This document shows positions 63,659 through 64,000 of a stretch of DNA of 64,000 nucleotides, piece after piece (position 1 is the first letter of the stretch; each line of letters opens with the position of its first letter). Where the stretch lies: NCBI GenBank assembly GCA_963727505.1, contig CAVSGP010000009.1, positions 352,001 to 416,000 on the forward strand. The letters are read 5' to 3'. The notes under the pieces were generated by a model that was given only the letters and a program-made list of their open reading frames with translations, made no database searches and was not told where the DNA came from. A program made the position numbers and the translations under genes. The stretch comes from an uncultured Trueperaceae bacterium. Its GTDB lineage: Bacteria; Deinococcota; Deinococci; Deinococcales; Trueperaceae.

Positions 63659-64000
63659 TCACGCTCCGCGCGGGTCACCATCGTCCGTCGGCCACCCGCT
63701 GCGCGCCAGGCCGACGGCCAGCACCGCCCAGCCTGCGATCTGCAGCAGGCCACCGAGCGGGGTGATCGCGCCCAGCACGCCGACGCCCGTGAGGACGAGC
63801 ACGTAAAGGCTCCCCGAGAAGATGATCGAGCCCACCAGAAGCAGGAGCGCGGCCAGCCGGCTGCTGCGGGGCAGGGCGGCGATCAGCAAGAGTCCCAGCG
63901 CGTGATACATCTGGAAGCGCACGGCGGTCTCCCACACGCCCATGCGCTGGCTCCCCAGCACAGGGGCGAGCGTGTGCACGCCGAACGCCCCGAACACCAC
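63659..64000 (-). CDS. DUF423 membrane protein (start lies beyond the window edge)
   Basis: GAFGVH, QMYHALGL, FSGSLY, GAITPLGG. Confidence 0.88.
   Translation of the reverse strand: MVFGAFGVHTLAPVLGSQRMGVWETAVRFQMYHALGLLLIAALPRSSRLAALLLLVGSIIFSGSLYVLVLTGVGVLGAITPLGGLLQIAGWAVLAVGLARSGWPTDDGDPRGA

Overview
A GC-rich (about 70%) bacterial chromosome segment, almost certainly Deinococcota (Truepera-like by inference), judged from the Thermus/Deinococcus-type EF-Tu, L31 and L33 and the large beta-prime insertion in rpoC. It is mostly housekeeping genes: cinA-recA (recA runs off the left edge), an AAA+/VWA pair, pyrG-udk-DUF5693-csaB, a fluoride riboswitch with crcB and two DUF190 genes, gmk-rpoZ-coaBC-argR, aroA-cmk-nadK, a cobalamin riboswitch with btuFCD, sqdB-sqdX (sulfolipid), a DUF1998 helicase, tatAC, four tRNAs followed by tuf-rpmG-secE-nusG-rplKAJL-rpoBC, carD and a GH1. 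I saw no mobile element, prophage or CRISPR array. The most striking unexplained signal is three sharply bounded, gene-sized islands (recA, sqdB, tuf). In each, synonymous sites have become almost purely G/T on one DNA strand, and the polarity follows neither transcription direction nor a single chromosome strand. This suggests a gene-targeted, strand-asymmetric mutation or gene-conversion process acting on probably duplicated genes; that mechanism is inference. Other observations: a +1 frameshift in tuf, an RDRM-like palindrome before cinA-recA, unusual rpoB switch-region residues, a TVGYA potassium-channel filter, and many leaderless genes. All product calls come from motif recognition only; no database searches were run.
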